Assembly: GCA_947258405.1 (NCBI GenBank)
Contig: CAMYIE010000003.1
Span: forward strand, 58,653-122,652
Length of the DNA: 64,000 nucleotides
From: an uncultured Eudoraea sp.
Lineage (GTDB): Bacteria; Bacteroidota; Bacteroidia; Flavobacteriales; Flavobacteriaceae
Reading direction: 5' to 3'
Below, in pieces: positions 19,517 through 27,525 of the stretch. The notes under the pieces are model-generated. The model was not told where the DNA came from. It made no database searches and saw nothing but the letters and a program-made list of their open reading frames with translations. Numbering within the stretch: position 1 is the stretch's first letter; each line of letters begins with the position of its first letter. A program made the position numbers and the translations under genes.

Positions 19517-20920
19517 CTAATGTACATACTTCCCATCAACATAAAAGCTTCTTAAGTAGGGCGCTTCTTTAATCCAACCATTTTGAATATTCAAAAACTC
19601 ATTTTTAATAACAATTGGAAAAGTACCTGGCATAGTGCTCTGCTCCAAATGTGAATAAAAGAGTCGTGCGAATCTACCCGTGGTAAAAGCTGTTGAATAT
19701 GACGTTCCTGTTGGCTTTTTAACAATTTCCCAAGGAAACCAGAATTTTTTCAAGCCAGTGAACGGGGCCGCAAGATCAACGCTCACATTGCCATAGCTAC
19801 CTGCTGGGGTTAGAGAATCGTTTGAACCTTCTTCATGACCTCCCACTGCTAAAATATTTTCTGAAGTATGACTTGCCGGGAAATTTTCATTTCCCAAAAT
19901 ATCGATATTTAGATCATCTATATTACCAGATGAAGCAACTACCAAGGACTTTTGAGCTAACTCATCGATGAGACTCTTTAGAATGCTATTTTCTTTATAA
20001 TCAAGTTTTAATATATCCGAGGTTATGCTCTGACTAAATCCATAGCCGAAACTGGCGTTAACTATATGAATATCATTGTTAACTTTTTGAATTTCATTTA
20101 TATAACCCAAAGCACACACAATATCCCAATATTTTCCATAGCCCTCTGAATTAAAAACCTTGATTGGTAATATTTTGTAATCGATATCGTAATTCTGCAA
20201 TTCTTTTAGTATTAAACGAGTTACATAAGTTCCATGCCCATGATCATCATTTACATTATTTGTATTGTTGACAAAATTCCAACCAGAACTCTGATTTTGA
20301 CAATTATCCAAAACTCCTTCTGTACTATATAGGAATGGATCTAATTTCCGAAACTTATAATGGTCTATTCCTGTATCAATAACTGCGATTGTCAGCTTAG
20401 GAGATAGATCACTTATGGCATCCGTGGTACCAATGGCACCAATTGAGGGATTAGATGGCGCGATTAAAGAACCTGGTAAACTCAGATATATCCCCAAGCC
20501 TTTAATCCCCAATTTCTTAGTATCCGTTAACCTATATGGGTCTGATTTTGGATCAAGTTCTGGTAGCGAAAATGTAAATGGCCAATCTCCCTGTGCACCA
20601 CCGGGACCACCTGTGAGTCCATCTTTAGAGCCTTGAATTTCAGCAGAACCCACACTGTAGTCCCATGTCCAAAGCTCAAGACTATTATCTCCACACTCAC
20701 ATTTTAATGTCTTTGAATCATCGATTGGCATTAATTCTTTAAGCGAATCAATTTCTTTTTTGGTCATATTTGAATCAAATCTAACCACAACACGTGTAGA
20801 ATCTATTTGCGTAATTGAAGAGCGGCTAAAATTTCTGCTTTCAATTATTTTGGTGACTTTACAATTACTGAAAACTACTATTGACAGAATTGACAATTTT
20901 AATAAGTGATATTTTTTCAT
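19517..20920 (-). CDS. S8 family (subtilisin-like) serine peptidase, probable lipoprotein
   Basis: The catalytic triad contexts are AVIDTGID (Asp), DDHGHGTYV (His) and GTSYSTAF (Ser). The track ORF starts at a TTG at 21058. I prefer the ATG at 20920, which gives MKKYHLLKLSILSIVVFSNC, a lipoprotein-type signal. Confidence 0.85.
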   Translation of the reverse strand: MKKYHLLKLSILSIVVFSNCKVTKIIESRNFSRSSITQIDSTRVVVRFDSNMTKKEIDSLKELMPIDDSKTLKCECGDNSLELWTWDYSVGSAEIQGSKDGLTGGPGGAQGDWPFTFSLPELDPKSDPYRLTDTKKLGIKGLGIYLSLPGSLIAPSNPSIGAIGTTDAISDLSPKLTIAVIDTGIDHYKFRKLDPFLYSTEGVLDNCQNQSSGWNFVNNTNNVNDDHGHGTYVTRLILKELQNYDIDYKILPIKVFNSEGYGKYWDIVCALGYINEIQKVNNDIHIVNASFGYGFSQSITSDILKLDYKENSILKSLIDELAQKSLVVASSGNIDDLNIDILGNENFPASHTSENILAVGGHEEGSNDSLTPAGSYGNVSVDLAAPFTGLKKFWFPWEIVKKPTGTSYSTAFTTGRFARLFYSHLEQSTMPGTFPIVIKNEFLNIQNGWIKEAPYLRSFYVDGKYVH

Positions 20921-21125
20921 CACATTGGTTTTAGGTTGTTGTTTAGTCTTCGCCCAGACATGAAGGTTAACAGCTTTGATGAAAAATTTGGAACGAAAAA
21001 TGACTAACGGTGGGGGGAAATCACAAAAACAGATTGCGGTAATCCTCTTAAGATACAAAAAATAACCATAGTATTTCTAGGGTAATCTACAGATTTACAA
21101 ATGATTAAACCTTCTACTACCTAAT

Positions 21126-21157
21126 AAAAAAACCATCTTTCGTTTTGAAAGACGGTT
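21126..21157 (-). terminator. Rho-independent terminator after the DUF4242 gene
   Basis: The minus strand reads ccgtctttc-aaaac-gaaagatgg followed by ttttttta. Confidence 0.65.
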
Positions 21158-21185
21158 CAAAGCTGAATGCGATATGCCTAAATAC

Positions 21186-21587
21186 CTATTGGGCTGTTTT
21201 CGGGCCTATTACAGTGGCTAATTCAGTGACATAATTAACTGGGAAACCTCCTTTTTCAGCATGCTCCCTGATCAGTGCCTCATTTTCAGCTTTGTAGATA
21301 CAATATACCTTGTCGTCGGTGACATAACTATGTATCCACTGGATTTGCGGGCCCATATCCTTTATCACCGAACAGGACTTTTGTGAGATACCCCTGAGTT
21401 CTTCGGGGCTAAGAATGCCTGCATCGGGAATTTCCCTTTCTATTAAATACGTCTTTAGTTCAGTTTTACTAGTCAGTTTTTCCTTCGCCATCTTCGTATA
21501 GATAACATCCTGACCCTGTGCAAAAAGGGTGGTAGAGCCCATCATTAAAAGAAAGAGAAGACCAAGTTTAGATTGTAATGTTTTCAT
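21186..21587 (-). CDS. Secreted DUF4242 (SCO4226-like, nickel-binding-fold) protein
   Basis: The 133-aa product has the signal peptide MKTLQSKLGLLFLLMMGSTTLFAQ. The mature part (YLIEREIP.......EL....QKS..V...MG..IQW..SYVT.DK.YCIY.A.NE..IREHA..GGFP) resembles the DUF4242 fold and the N-terminus of the neighbouring regulator. Confidence 0.6.
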   Translation of the reverse strand: MKTLQSKLGLLFLLMMGSTTLFAQGQDVIYTKMAKEKLTSKTELKTYLIEREIPDAGILSPEELRGISQKSCSVIKDMGPQIQWIHSYVTDDKVYCIYKAENEALIREHAEKGGFPVNYVTELATVIGPKTAQ

Positions 21588-21682
21588 AATACCAGGTTTT
21601 AAGATTATAAAACAAACCTAATATGATCCTAAGCAAATCAATACTTCGTATCGATCAACAATTATTAATTTTGAACCAGGAA

Positions 21683-22777
21683 TCAGAGCTCTTTTGCATA
21701 TACCAGAGGTTGTACCCCGTAGCGTTGCTGAAAGCATTTGGTAAAATAAGACGGACTGTTAAATCCGCAATCGAAAGTGGTTTGAGCGATATTCCGGTCA
21801 GTTTTCAGCAAATGAAGTGCCTGGTTTAGGCGGTAGTCCCGTAATAGTTCATTAAGCGACATTTGGGTGAGTTCTGTACACTTTCTATAGAGTTTGGATT
21901 TGCTCATCGACATCTGATCACAGAAATCCATCACCCCAAACTGAGGGTCTTGCCAGTTTTTAGCCAGTGTCTCCATCAACAGCTGAAGGAAGTTTTCATC
22001 GGCAGGCGAGATATATATAAAAGAATCGCTTAGCCGATCGTTTTGATCTGCTTTATAGATCTCCCGGATGATCGAAGCCACAACAAGCTGGTTTTCCTTG
22101 CCAATACCACATAGGTATCTGGCCATTTGTACGGTATCGCCAAATAACTCTTTACTTTTGTTCACAGGCATTCCGGCATTGAGTCCGATGCGCAGATCGA
22201 TCAGCTCCCCCGCAATATGCAAATCGTTCATAACCGCAAAACAGCAATCAACAGCCTGGTTCACCGACACAAAGGAAGCGACAAATCCGCCTCCCTTCAA
22301 TTCTACTTCCCTACCCTGATGTATGCTCAATTGTTTTCTCATAATCTCGTGGTAAAGTGCGATAAGTCTCCTGGCTTTATCACTTCCTAAGCTATGCTTT
22401 AACAGACTTTCAGGTATTGTAGTACTAACCAGTATGATTCGGAATGCGGGGTCATTAAATATTTTTAGGTCAGGGGTTAAACCGTCGGATACGTCATTTG
22501 GATCTGCTATCCTTCCCAAAAAGGCTTCTACAACCTTGCTGTTTACCTGGATTATCTCATGAGGCATTAACCCATGAGCCCGATCATGCATTTTTTTAAC
22601 CGATTCGATATCCGGGGCGTCGATCAGGCAAAAGGCACTTCCCCGCTCTTCATCTACCCAATAGGTCATACAGCGGCAACCGAATTCCTCCTGTATTTTA
22701 AGATCCTCACGATGGGCTTCAGCAGCATGTTTAGCTTCTATCCCCGGGACAATATGTCTATCCATGTATATCGGCAT
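21683..22777 (-). CDS. Three-domain transcriptional regulator: N-terminal DUF4242, central degenerate class III cyclase-homology domain, C-terminal AraC/XylS HTH
   Basis: The N-terminus is MPIYMDRHIV.G......AEAH..DL.IQ..FGC....YW.DE..G.AFCL..AP (DUF4242-like). The middle region has ..LKGGGFVASF...A..C......LRIGLNAGMPV....LFGDTVQMARYL......QLVVAS, a nucleotidyl-cyclase-like pattern with both metal-binding Asp positions apparently replaced. The C-terminus is ..LNELLRDYRLNQALHLL......IAQTTFDCGFNSPSYFTKCFQQRYG.P (AraC HTH). Confidence 0.7.
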   Translation of the reverse strand: MPIYMDRHIVPGIEAKHAAEAHREDLKIQEEFGCRCMTYWVDEERGSAFCLIDAPDIESVKKMHDRAHGLMPHEIIQVNSKVVEAFLGRIADPNDVSDGLTPDLKIFNDPAFRIILVSTTIPESLLKHSLGSDKARRLIALYHEIMRKQLSIHQGREVELKGGGFVASFVSVNQAVDCCFAVMNDLHIAGELIDLRIGLNAGMPVNKSKELFGDTVQMARYLCGIGKENQLVVASIIREIYKADQNDRLSDSFIYISPADENFLQLLMETLAKNWQDPQFGVMDFCDQMSMSKSKLYRKCTELTQMSLNELLRDYRLNQALHLLKTDRNIAQTTFDCGFNSPSYFTKCFQQRYGVQPLVYAKEL

Positions 22778-22964
22778 GATTCAAGCTGTGATTATCAATT
22801 GGCGGTTTATTTTAATAATAAGGTTGTCGCCCTTCTAAATTAAAACATGTAAGTGTTTTTAAAATATAAAAAATAGCTCAATTATTGGTAATAATAGATC
22901 ATATAATGGACCTCCGACTTATCGGCATTCATTTCATGTTGGCGATTAACTACTAACTGAACAT

Positions 22965-22993
22965 AAAAAAACCGAAGTATTTAACTTCGGTTT
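22965..22993 (-). terminator. Rho-independent terminator after the 23046-23705 gene
   Basis: The minus strand reads aaaccgaag-ttaaata-cttcggttttttt. It has nearly the same stem as the terminator at 29549-29577. Confidence 0.75.
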
Positions 22994-23045
22994 GAACTTA
23001 TTGGAAATAATTTGGGTTGCGCTTACAATGCAACAAAAATGACAC

Positions 23046-23705
23046 CTATAGTCTGTGCAGTGCAGCGATGATATCCCCGCATTCCCCTACTTCATCAGGG
23101 ATCTCTGTAAATGGTGGAAATCCGTACGGAAAGGTTGTGGGACAACCTCCGAGATACGAACCGATCTGCTCGTTGACGATACCTGGAACAGCAGGCCCAT
23201 GACTTCTCAATACTGCATGAATTTCTGCTGTTTCGGCATTATGCAAGCCTCCAAAGTTTGGCAGTCCAAATAGTTCATGTATGGAACCGCTATCATCATT
23301 TTCATTCAAATGGCCCGAGAAATTTCCTTTCCCGTTATTTCCAGCTACATGTCCGGCTGCATAAAGTAACTGCACCTCAACATCAAGAGCATTGGCAAAA
23401 TCCGCTTCTGAACATTCCCCGGGTACTATACAGTTTTCCGGTTTGTTCCATACCACCCACCACAATGTATACGTATGGCCTGGCATTAGATCCGTCGTTT
23501 TAAAGTTTACAGTCACACCATTGCTGTTTCTATGGAGTACGGAGGTCCCAATTACCTCTCCAGTAATAGCATTAAATACAGCAGTTGAGGACTTGGAGTT
23601 GGCAGAAGCATTTACAGTAGTAAGTTCTGCTTCATCTGGTTCATCGGAACAAGAAGTGCCCACAAATAATAACAGAGCGAATAATAATTTCATAGTTGTT
23701 TTCAT
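23046..23705 (-). CDS. Lipoprotein of unknown function with four conserved Cys. It is a paralog of 29599-30282 and is called X1 here.
   Basis: The 219-aa product has a lipobox-like signal LLFVGTSCSDE. Conserved blocks GH.YT.WWV.WN.PE.C..PG.CS..DF, GNNGKGNF..HLNEND and VLRSHGP..PGIVNEQIGSYLGGCP..FPYGFPPFTEIPDE.GECGDI are shared with X2. I do not recognise the family. Confidence 0.6.
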   Translation of the reverse strand: MKTTMKLLFALLLFVGTSCSDEPDEAELTTVNASANSKSSTAVFNAITGEVIGTSVLHRNSNGVTVNFKTTDLMPGHTYTLWWVVWNKPENCIVPGECSEADFANALDVEVQLLYAAGHVAGNNGKGNFSGHLNENDDSGSIHELFGLPNFGGLHNAETAEIHAVLRSHGPAVPGIVNEQIGSYLGGCPTTFPYGFPPFTEIPDEVGECGDIIAALHRL

Positions 23706-23970
23706 AATACTTGTCTAAAATTGATTAATAATTAAAGTTTCAAGAAACGTCTTTCGCTTCAGGTATATGTTCCTTCCAGATTAAAGGATCATAGGTTCGT
23801 ATCAGTAACTAAGCACTTCTAACTGAGACAGATCGAAAGTGAGTTAGTAAAGAGCCTCGGTTCTTTCGAATCCGGGCTTCATATACGGGGAAACTTTAAA
23901 TTGTAAATTCAATTTTATATGTGGCCAATTTTGAAGGGCCATATAATCGGCACATAATAATTACTTATGG

Positions 23971-24483
23971 TCAGGCCTTTTTTTCAAATTGCGTAAAATG
24001 TTCATGGGTTATTTTCCATTCGCCATTGGTCTTTACAAAAACCAGGGTAACGTTGGCCCAAATCTGAACTACTTCAGCCTGCATGGTGGGTCTGAAGTCT
24101 GCCTCGAAAGTTACCACCGCTACTTCTCCAAACACGTCGATCTTCAGGTCGTTTAAATTAGAGTCCCAATCTTCTATCGCACCAACAAACCCTCTTTCGT
24201 ATTCTTCGTTTCCTACGGAACCAAAACGGGGGCCATCATTTCTAAATTCCGTAAACTTCGGACCGTACACGTGATATGCGATAAGCTTGTCGGCATCCTT
24301 ATCCTTAAAACTCTGAAAAATACCATCCAAAACCTGTTTGATCTCTTGCTGGGACTCAGGAAAATCATCCTTCACTATATCAACAACCACCTCTGTTTCC
24401 ACTTTTGTTTCCTTAGCCTGCCGGCAACCAATATTAATAAGGGTTAAAGTCAATACTAATGTAATCGTCATTTTTACTTTCAT
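23971..24483 (-). CDS. SnoaL-like / DUF4440 (NTF2-fold) lipoprotein
   Basis: The 170-aa product has the signal LTLINIGC. The body pattern (..DADKLIAYHV.GPKFTEF......, VAVVTFEADF...., TLVFVKTNGEWKITHEHFT) is typical of NTF2-like SnoaL/DUF4440 proteins. Confidence 0.6.
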   Translation of the reverse strand: MKVKMTITLVLTLTLINIGCRQAKETKVETEVVVDIVKDDFPESQQEIKQVLDGIFQSFKDKDADKLIAYHVYGPKFTEFRNDGPRFGSVGNEEYERGFVGAIEDWDSNLNDLKIDVFGEVAVVTFEADFRPTMQAEVVQIWANVTLVFVKTNGEWKITHEHFTQFEKKA

Positions 24484-24690
24484 GATTCTAAATTTTAATG
24501 TTTTAATTGATTTTATAGGACTATAAAGATTTCAATTATAAGGGTAGGTTCATTTATGTAATGATGCAATAGGTTTAAAAATCAGTTAGATACATGCAAC
24601 ATAGTTGTAAGTCTTATGCCATTGATGTAAAGGGAAGGAAGGAGGTAAAAAATTATGACCGAAAAATTCAGTTGAAGTAAATAAAGTCAA

Positions 24691-26655
24691 CTACTTTTTT
24701 GCCATATAGTCGTCGAATCCTGAAAAACCTACGAGTTCATATAAATCTTTATACCGTGGATCGTTTTTCAAGGGTTGCAAAAGTGGTTCTTCTTTTAACC
24801 AGGTCATTTCCACCTCATGGTTTTGATATGAATTTTGAAGCCAATAGAAGGTTTTTTCATAATCCTCAATTGAGCAATAATAAAGGGCCAAAAACCAGGC
24901 TGGGCTTCCTGAAGATCCCTGCTTGTATGCCTTTTCCAATCCCGTTAAGTATTCTTCCACTTTTTCCGGATGATCATCCCTATAGGCGTATATGGCATCT
25001 AACCACATAAGAATTGGTGGGTAATCGGGATAATCCCGTTTAATCTTAAGAAGCTGTTCCTTCGAATTAGCGTAGTCTCCCATATAATAAAGCAATTTGG
25101 CAGATTCGCGCAGGTACCACCAGTTATCACTGTGCAGAGGTAAGCTTTTATCCAGGAGTTCTACAGCCTCATCTTTTCTATCCGCCAACAATAAAGCCAT
25201 CCCTTTAAATGTATAGAAAATTCCTATCGAAGGATCCTCGGCAATATTTTTGTCCATATTCAAAATTGCTTCTTCATACCTTGCTATCTTAATACTAAAA
25301 TCTGCATCAATACTTGGGGTCAGGTCAAAGACATGATTCGCCAGCCGGTATTGAAAATAGGGTTCCACTCCTACAAAGTCCCAGTCGTAATAGAAATAAC
25401 CTGTTTGCAGCATGTCTTGTAATCCTGCATAACCATCGTCGATGTCCCTGGCTTTTTCAAGGGCCTTTTTGCCATTTGCCCAGGCCTCTTGTTCTGAATA
25501 TATTCCCCAAACCAGGCCCCCTGACAGCCAAACATCTGCTAGGCCTATATAAGGTTCAATAAAATTGGAATCTAATTCGATTGCTTTCTGATATAGGGGG
25601 ATCGCATTGGAATACGATTGCTCATTCTCCTTATGTTTTTGAGACTGTGCCAGAAGATAATTTCTATATGCTTCTTTATTCTCGGTTGGTCTTTTTTGTA
25701 TGTCGAAATACTCTTCTTCTGAAACCTCAACATCCATATGTTCTGCCACATTCTCGGCAACAGCTGCCTGTATAGCAAAAATATCGTTACTATCCCATTC
25801 GCCTGAATACTCATCGGACCAAAAATGCTCGTCTTTGGAAGCATTGATCAGTTGCAGTTTAACTTTAATTCTATCTCCCGATTTTTGGAAATTTCCCTCC
25901 AATATATGCGTGACCTTTAACTCGTCGCCTATTTCCCGAATACTCTTATTGGTATGCTTATAGTTAAACGCTGAGGTCCGTGAAGTAACCTTACTAATCG
26001 ATTTTATTTTGGTAAGCCTTGAGATTACTTCATCCGTCATGCCATCACAAAAAGGGTCGAGGGAGGGATCCCCACTAAAGTTCTTAAATGGGAGAACTGC
26101 AATTGATTTATCCGGGTTCTTTGAGATTACAGTATCCGGGACCGATTTGTTTTTAATATATAGTGTGTAAATGACTGCCGAAGAAATAGCCAATACCATG
26201 ATGGAAGCAATCAAGAAAACTTTTTTCTTATTCGCAGGTTTTCCCAATTTATCAGATACTGAATTCTGCGTATCACGACTCTCAGCCTGCGGTTTCTCAT
26301 CTGTATAGGTCTTTGAAATCCTATATTTTACCTCACCAGGCGGATAGCCATATTTTTTTTTGAAGCTGGAGTTAAAATAAGTAGGACTCTTAAATCCCAC
26401 CCTAAATGCAATTTCAGATACTGTAGCCTCTTTCCGTTCCAGCATTTCCAGGGCCTTCGCGAGTCTGTATTCGCGTATGAAAAGACTTGTAGATTTACCA
26501 CTTATCGACTTAAGTCTGCGGTGCAATTGCGACCTGCTTAATCCTACTTCTTTGGCTAATTCCTTTATTCCAAAATTTTCGTCCTCCAGGTGCATATCCA
26601 GAATGCCAGATAGCTTCCGGATAAATTTATCTTCAAGAGGATTCTCATTAATCAT
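24691..26655 (-). CDS. Transmembrane one-component regulator: N-terminal AraC-type HTH, single TM, extracytoplasmic TolB-N-like domain plus TPR. It is a paralog of 27526-29436 and is called R1 here.
   Basis: The 654-aa product has an N-terminal HTH (LAKEVGLSRSQLHRRLK.....S...FIREYRL.KA..ML......VSEIAFRVGFKSPTYFNSSFKK.YGYPPGE). The TM segment is VFLIASIMVLAISSAVIYTLYI. Next comes IAVLPFKNFSGDPSLD.F.DGMTDEVISRL (TolB-N-like), followed by TPR-like repeats. Confidence 0.75.
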   Translation of the reverse strand: MINENPLEDKFIRKLSGILDMHLEDENFGIKELAKEVGLSRSQLHRRLKSISGKSTSLFIREYRLAKALEMLERKEATVSEIAFRVGFKSPTYFNSSFKKKYGYPPGEVKYRISKTYTDEKPQAESRDTQNSVSDKLGKPANKKKVFLIASIMVLAISSAVIYTLYIKNKSVPDTVISKNPDKSIAVLPFKNFSGDPSLDPFCDGMTDEVISRLTKIKSISKVTSRTSAFNYKHTNKSIREIGDELKVTHILEGNFQKSGDRIKVKLQLINASKDEHFWSDEYSGEWDSNDIFAIQAAVAENVAEHMDVEVSEEEYFDIQKRPTENKEAYRNYLLAQSQKHKENEQSYSNAIPLYQKAIELDSNFIEPYIGLADVWLSGGLVWGIYSEQEAWANGKKALEKARDIDDGYAGLQDMLQTGYFYYDWDFVGVEPYFQYRLANHVFDLTPSIDADFSIKIARYEEAILNMDKNIAEDPSIGIFYTFKGMALLLADRKDEAVELLDKSLPLHSDNWWYLRESAKLLYYMGDYANSKEQLLKIKRDYPDYPPILMWLDAIYAYRDDHPEKVEEYLTGLEKAYKQGSSGSPAWFLALYYCSIEDYEKTFYWLQNSYQNHEVEMTWLKEEPLLQPLKNDPRYKDLYELVGFSGFDDYMAKK

Positions 26656-26798
26656 TTATCAATTATTGAAAAACCGTTCAATGCCTATTAGCACCAAAGC
26701 GCAAACCAATAAATTGTAAGTTAAACATTATAGCTTAACCTTCTCAAAAAATAAATATGCAAACCCTGGTGTGGTTATCTAATGCTTAAACCTATCGC

Positions 26799-26835
26799 AA
26801 AAAAAATCGCTTAAACACCGGTCTAAGCGATTTTT
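26799..26835 (-). terminator. Rho-independent terminator after the 26861-27376 gene
   Basis: The minus strand reads aatcgcttag-accggtgt-ttaagcgatt followed by ttttttt. Confidence 0.7.
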
Positions 26836-26860
26836 CAAGGATCCAAAAGCACCCTTTTCT

Positions 26861-27376
26861 CTAACGTGTGGCTTTCCATGTTACTTTAAGATTCTTTGTT
26901 TCATCACCTTTTGAGATCTGTAAATGATAGGTTTTTTTAACACCCTTGTTGTGAAAGTAAGTCACCCTGTAGGTGTTCTCACTCATTGTCCATTCGGGGT
27001 AAGCATTGTATACCGTATTTCGTATCGGCCCGGGTACGACAACATTTGCAAATTTTTCAACAGAAGATATTATCTTTCCTCCATCATCGTAGGTAGCAAC
27101 GATGCGTCCCTTGCTATTGGAAAAGAAAACCTCGTAAGCCTTATCGATTTTGTTGTAAACGGGGGATTCCATTAAAACAAAACTGGCGGCTTTCCTCTCC
27201 AACCCTTTAACGGTCTCAGGAGTGTTTCTGTCCTGGACCATAGCCAGGTAATCGAAATTCGGTGAGGTAACGGTTACCCCTTCAAGAATTACCTCATTTA
27301 CTTCTCTCTGGGGTTGCTGCGAATAGACCAGGCTGGCCAAACCCAAGAATAACAAGCCAAGTACCCATTTTCTCAT
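26861..27376 (-). CDS. Small exported protein of unknown function (PepSY-like guess). It is a paralog of 14662-15225 and is called P2 here.
   Basis: The track ORF runs to 27400. The ATG at 27376 gives MRKWVLGLLFLGLASLVYSQ, a signal peptide. The body aligns with P1. Confidence 0.6.
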   Translation of the reverse strand: MRKWVLGLLFLGLASLVYSQQPQREVNEVILEGVTVTSPNFDYLAMVQDRNTPETVKGLERKAASFVLMESPVYNKIDKAYEVFFSNSKGRIVATYDDGGKIISSVEKFANVVVPGPIRNTVYNAYPEWTMSENTYRVTYFHNKGVKKTYHLQISKGDETKNLKVTWKATR

Positions 27377-27525
27377 GACATAAATTTTTAAGTTAAACAT
27401 TCCTTTAAATTGATCAACTCTAAGTTCTAAACTAAATTCATGTCATACCAAACAGCTATGTTGAAGATTATTTAAAATTTTATTGTAATCCCTGTACTAT
27501 TGTTGAGTTTAGGAGTATAGAGGAC

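Noticed and set aside
20921-21058. A TTG-initiated 46-codon N-terminal extension of the S8 peptidase ORF. Similar extensions occur at 15226-15348, 27377-27400 and 34363-34416.
   Set aside because: Internal ATGs give canonical signal peptides (S8, P1, P2) or the usual RuvB N-terminus. The extended parts look like translated intergenic sequence.
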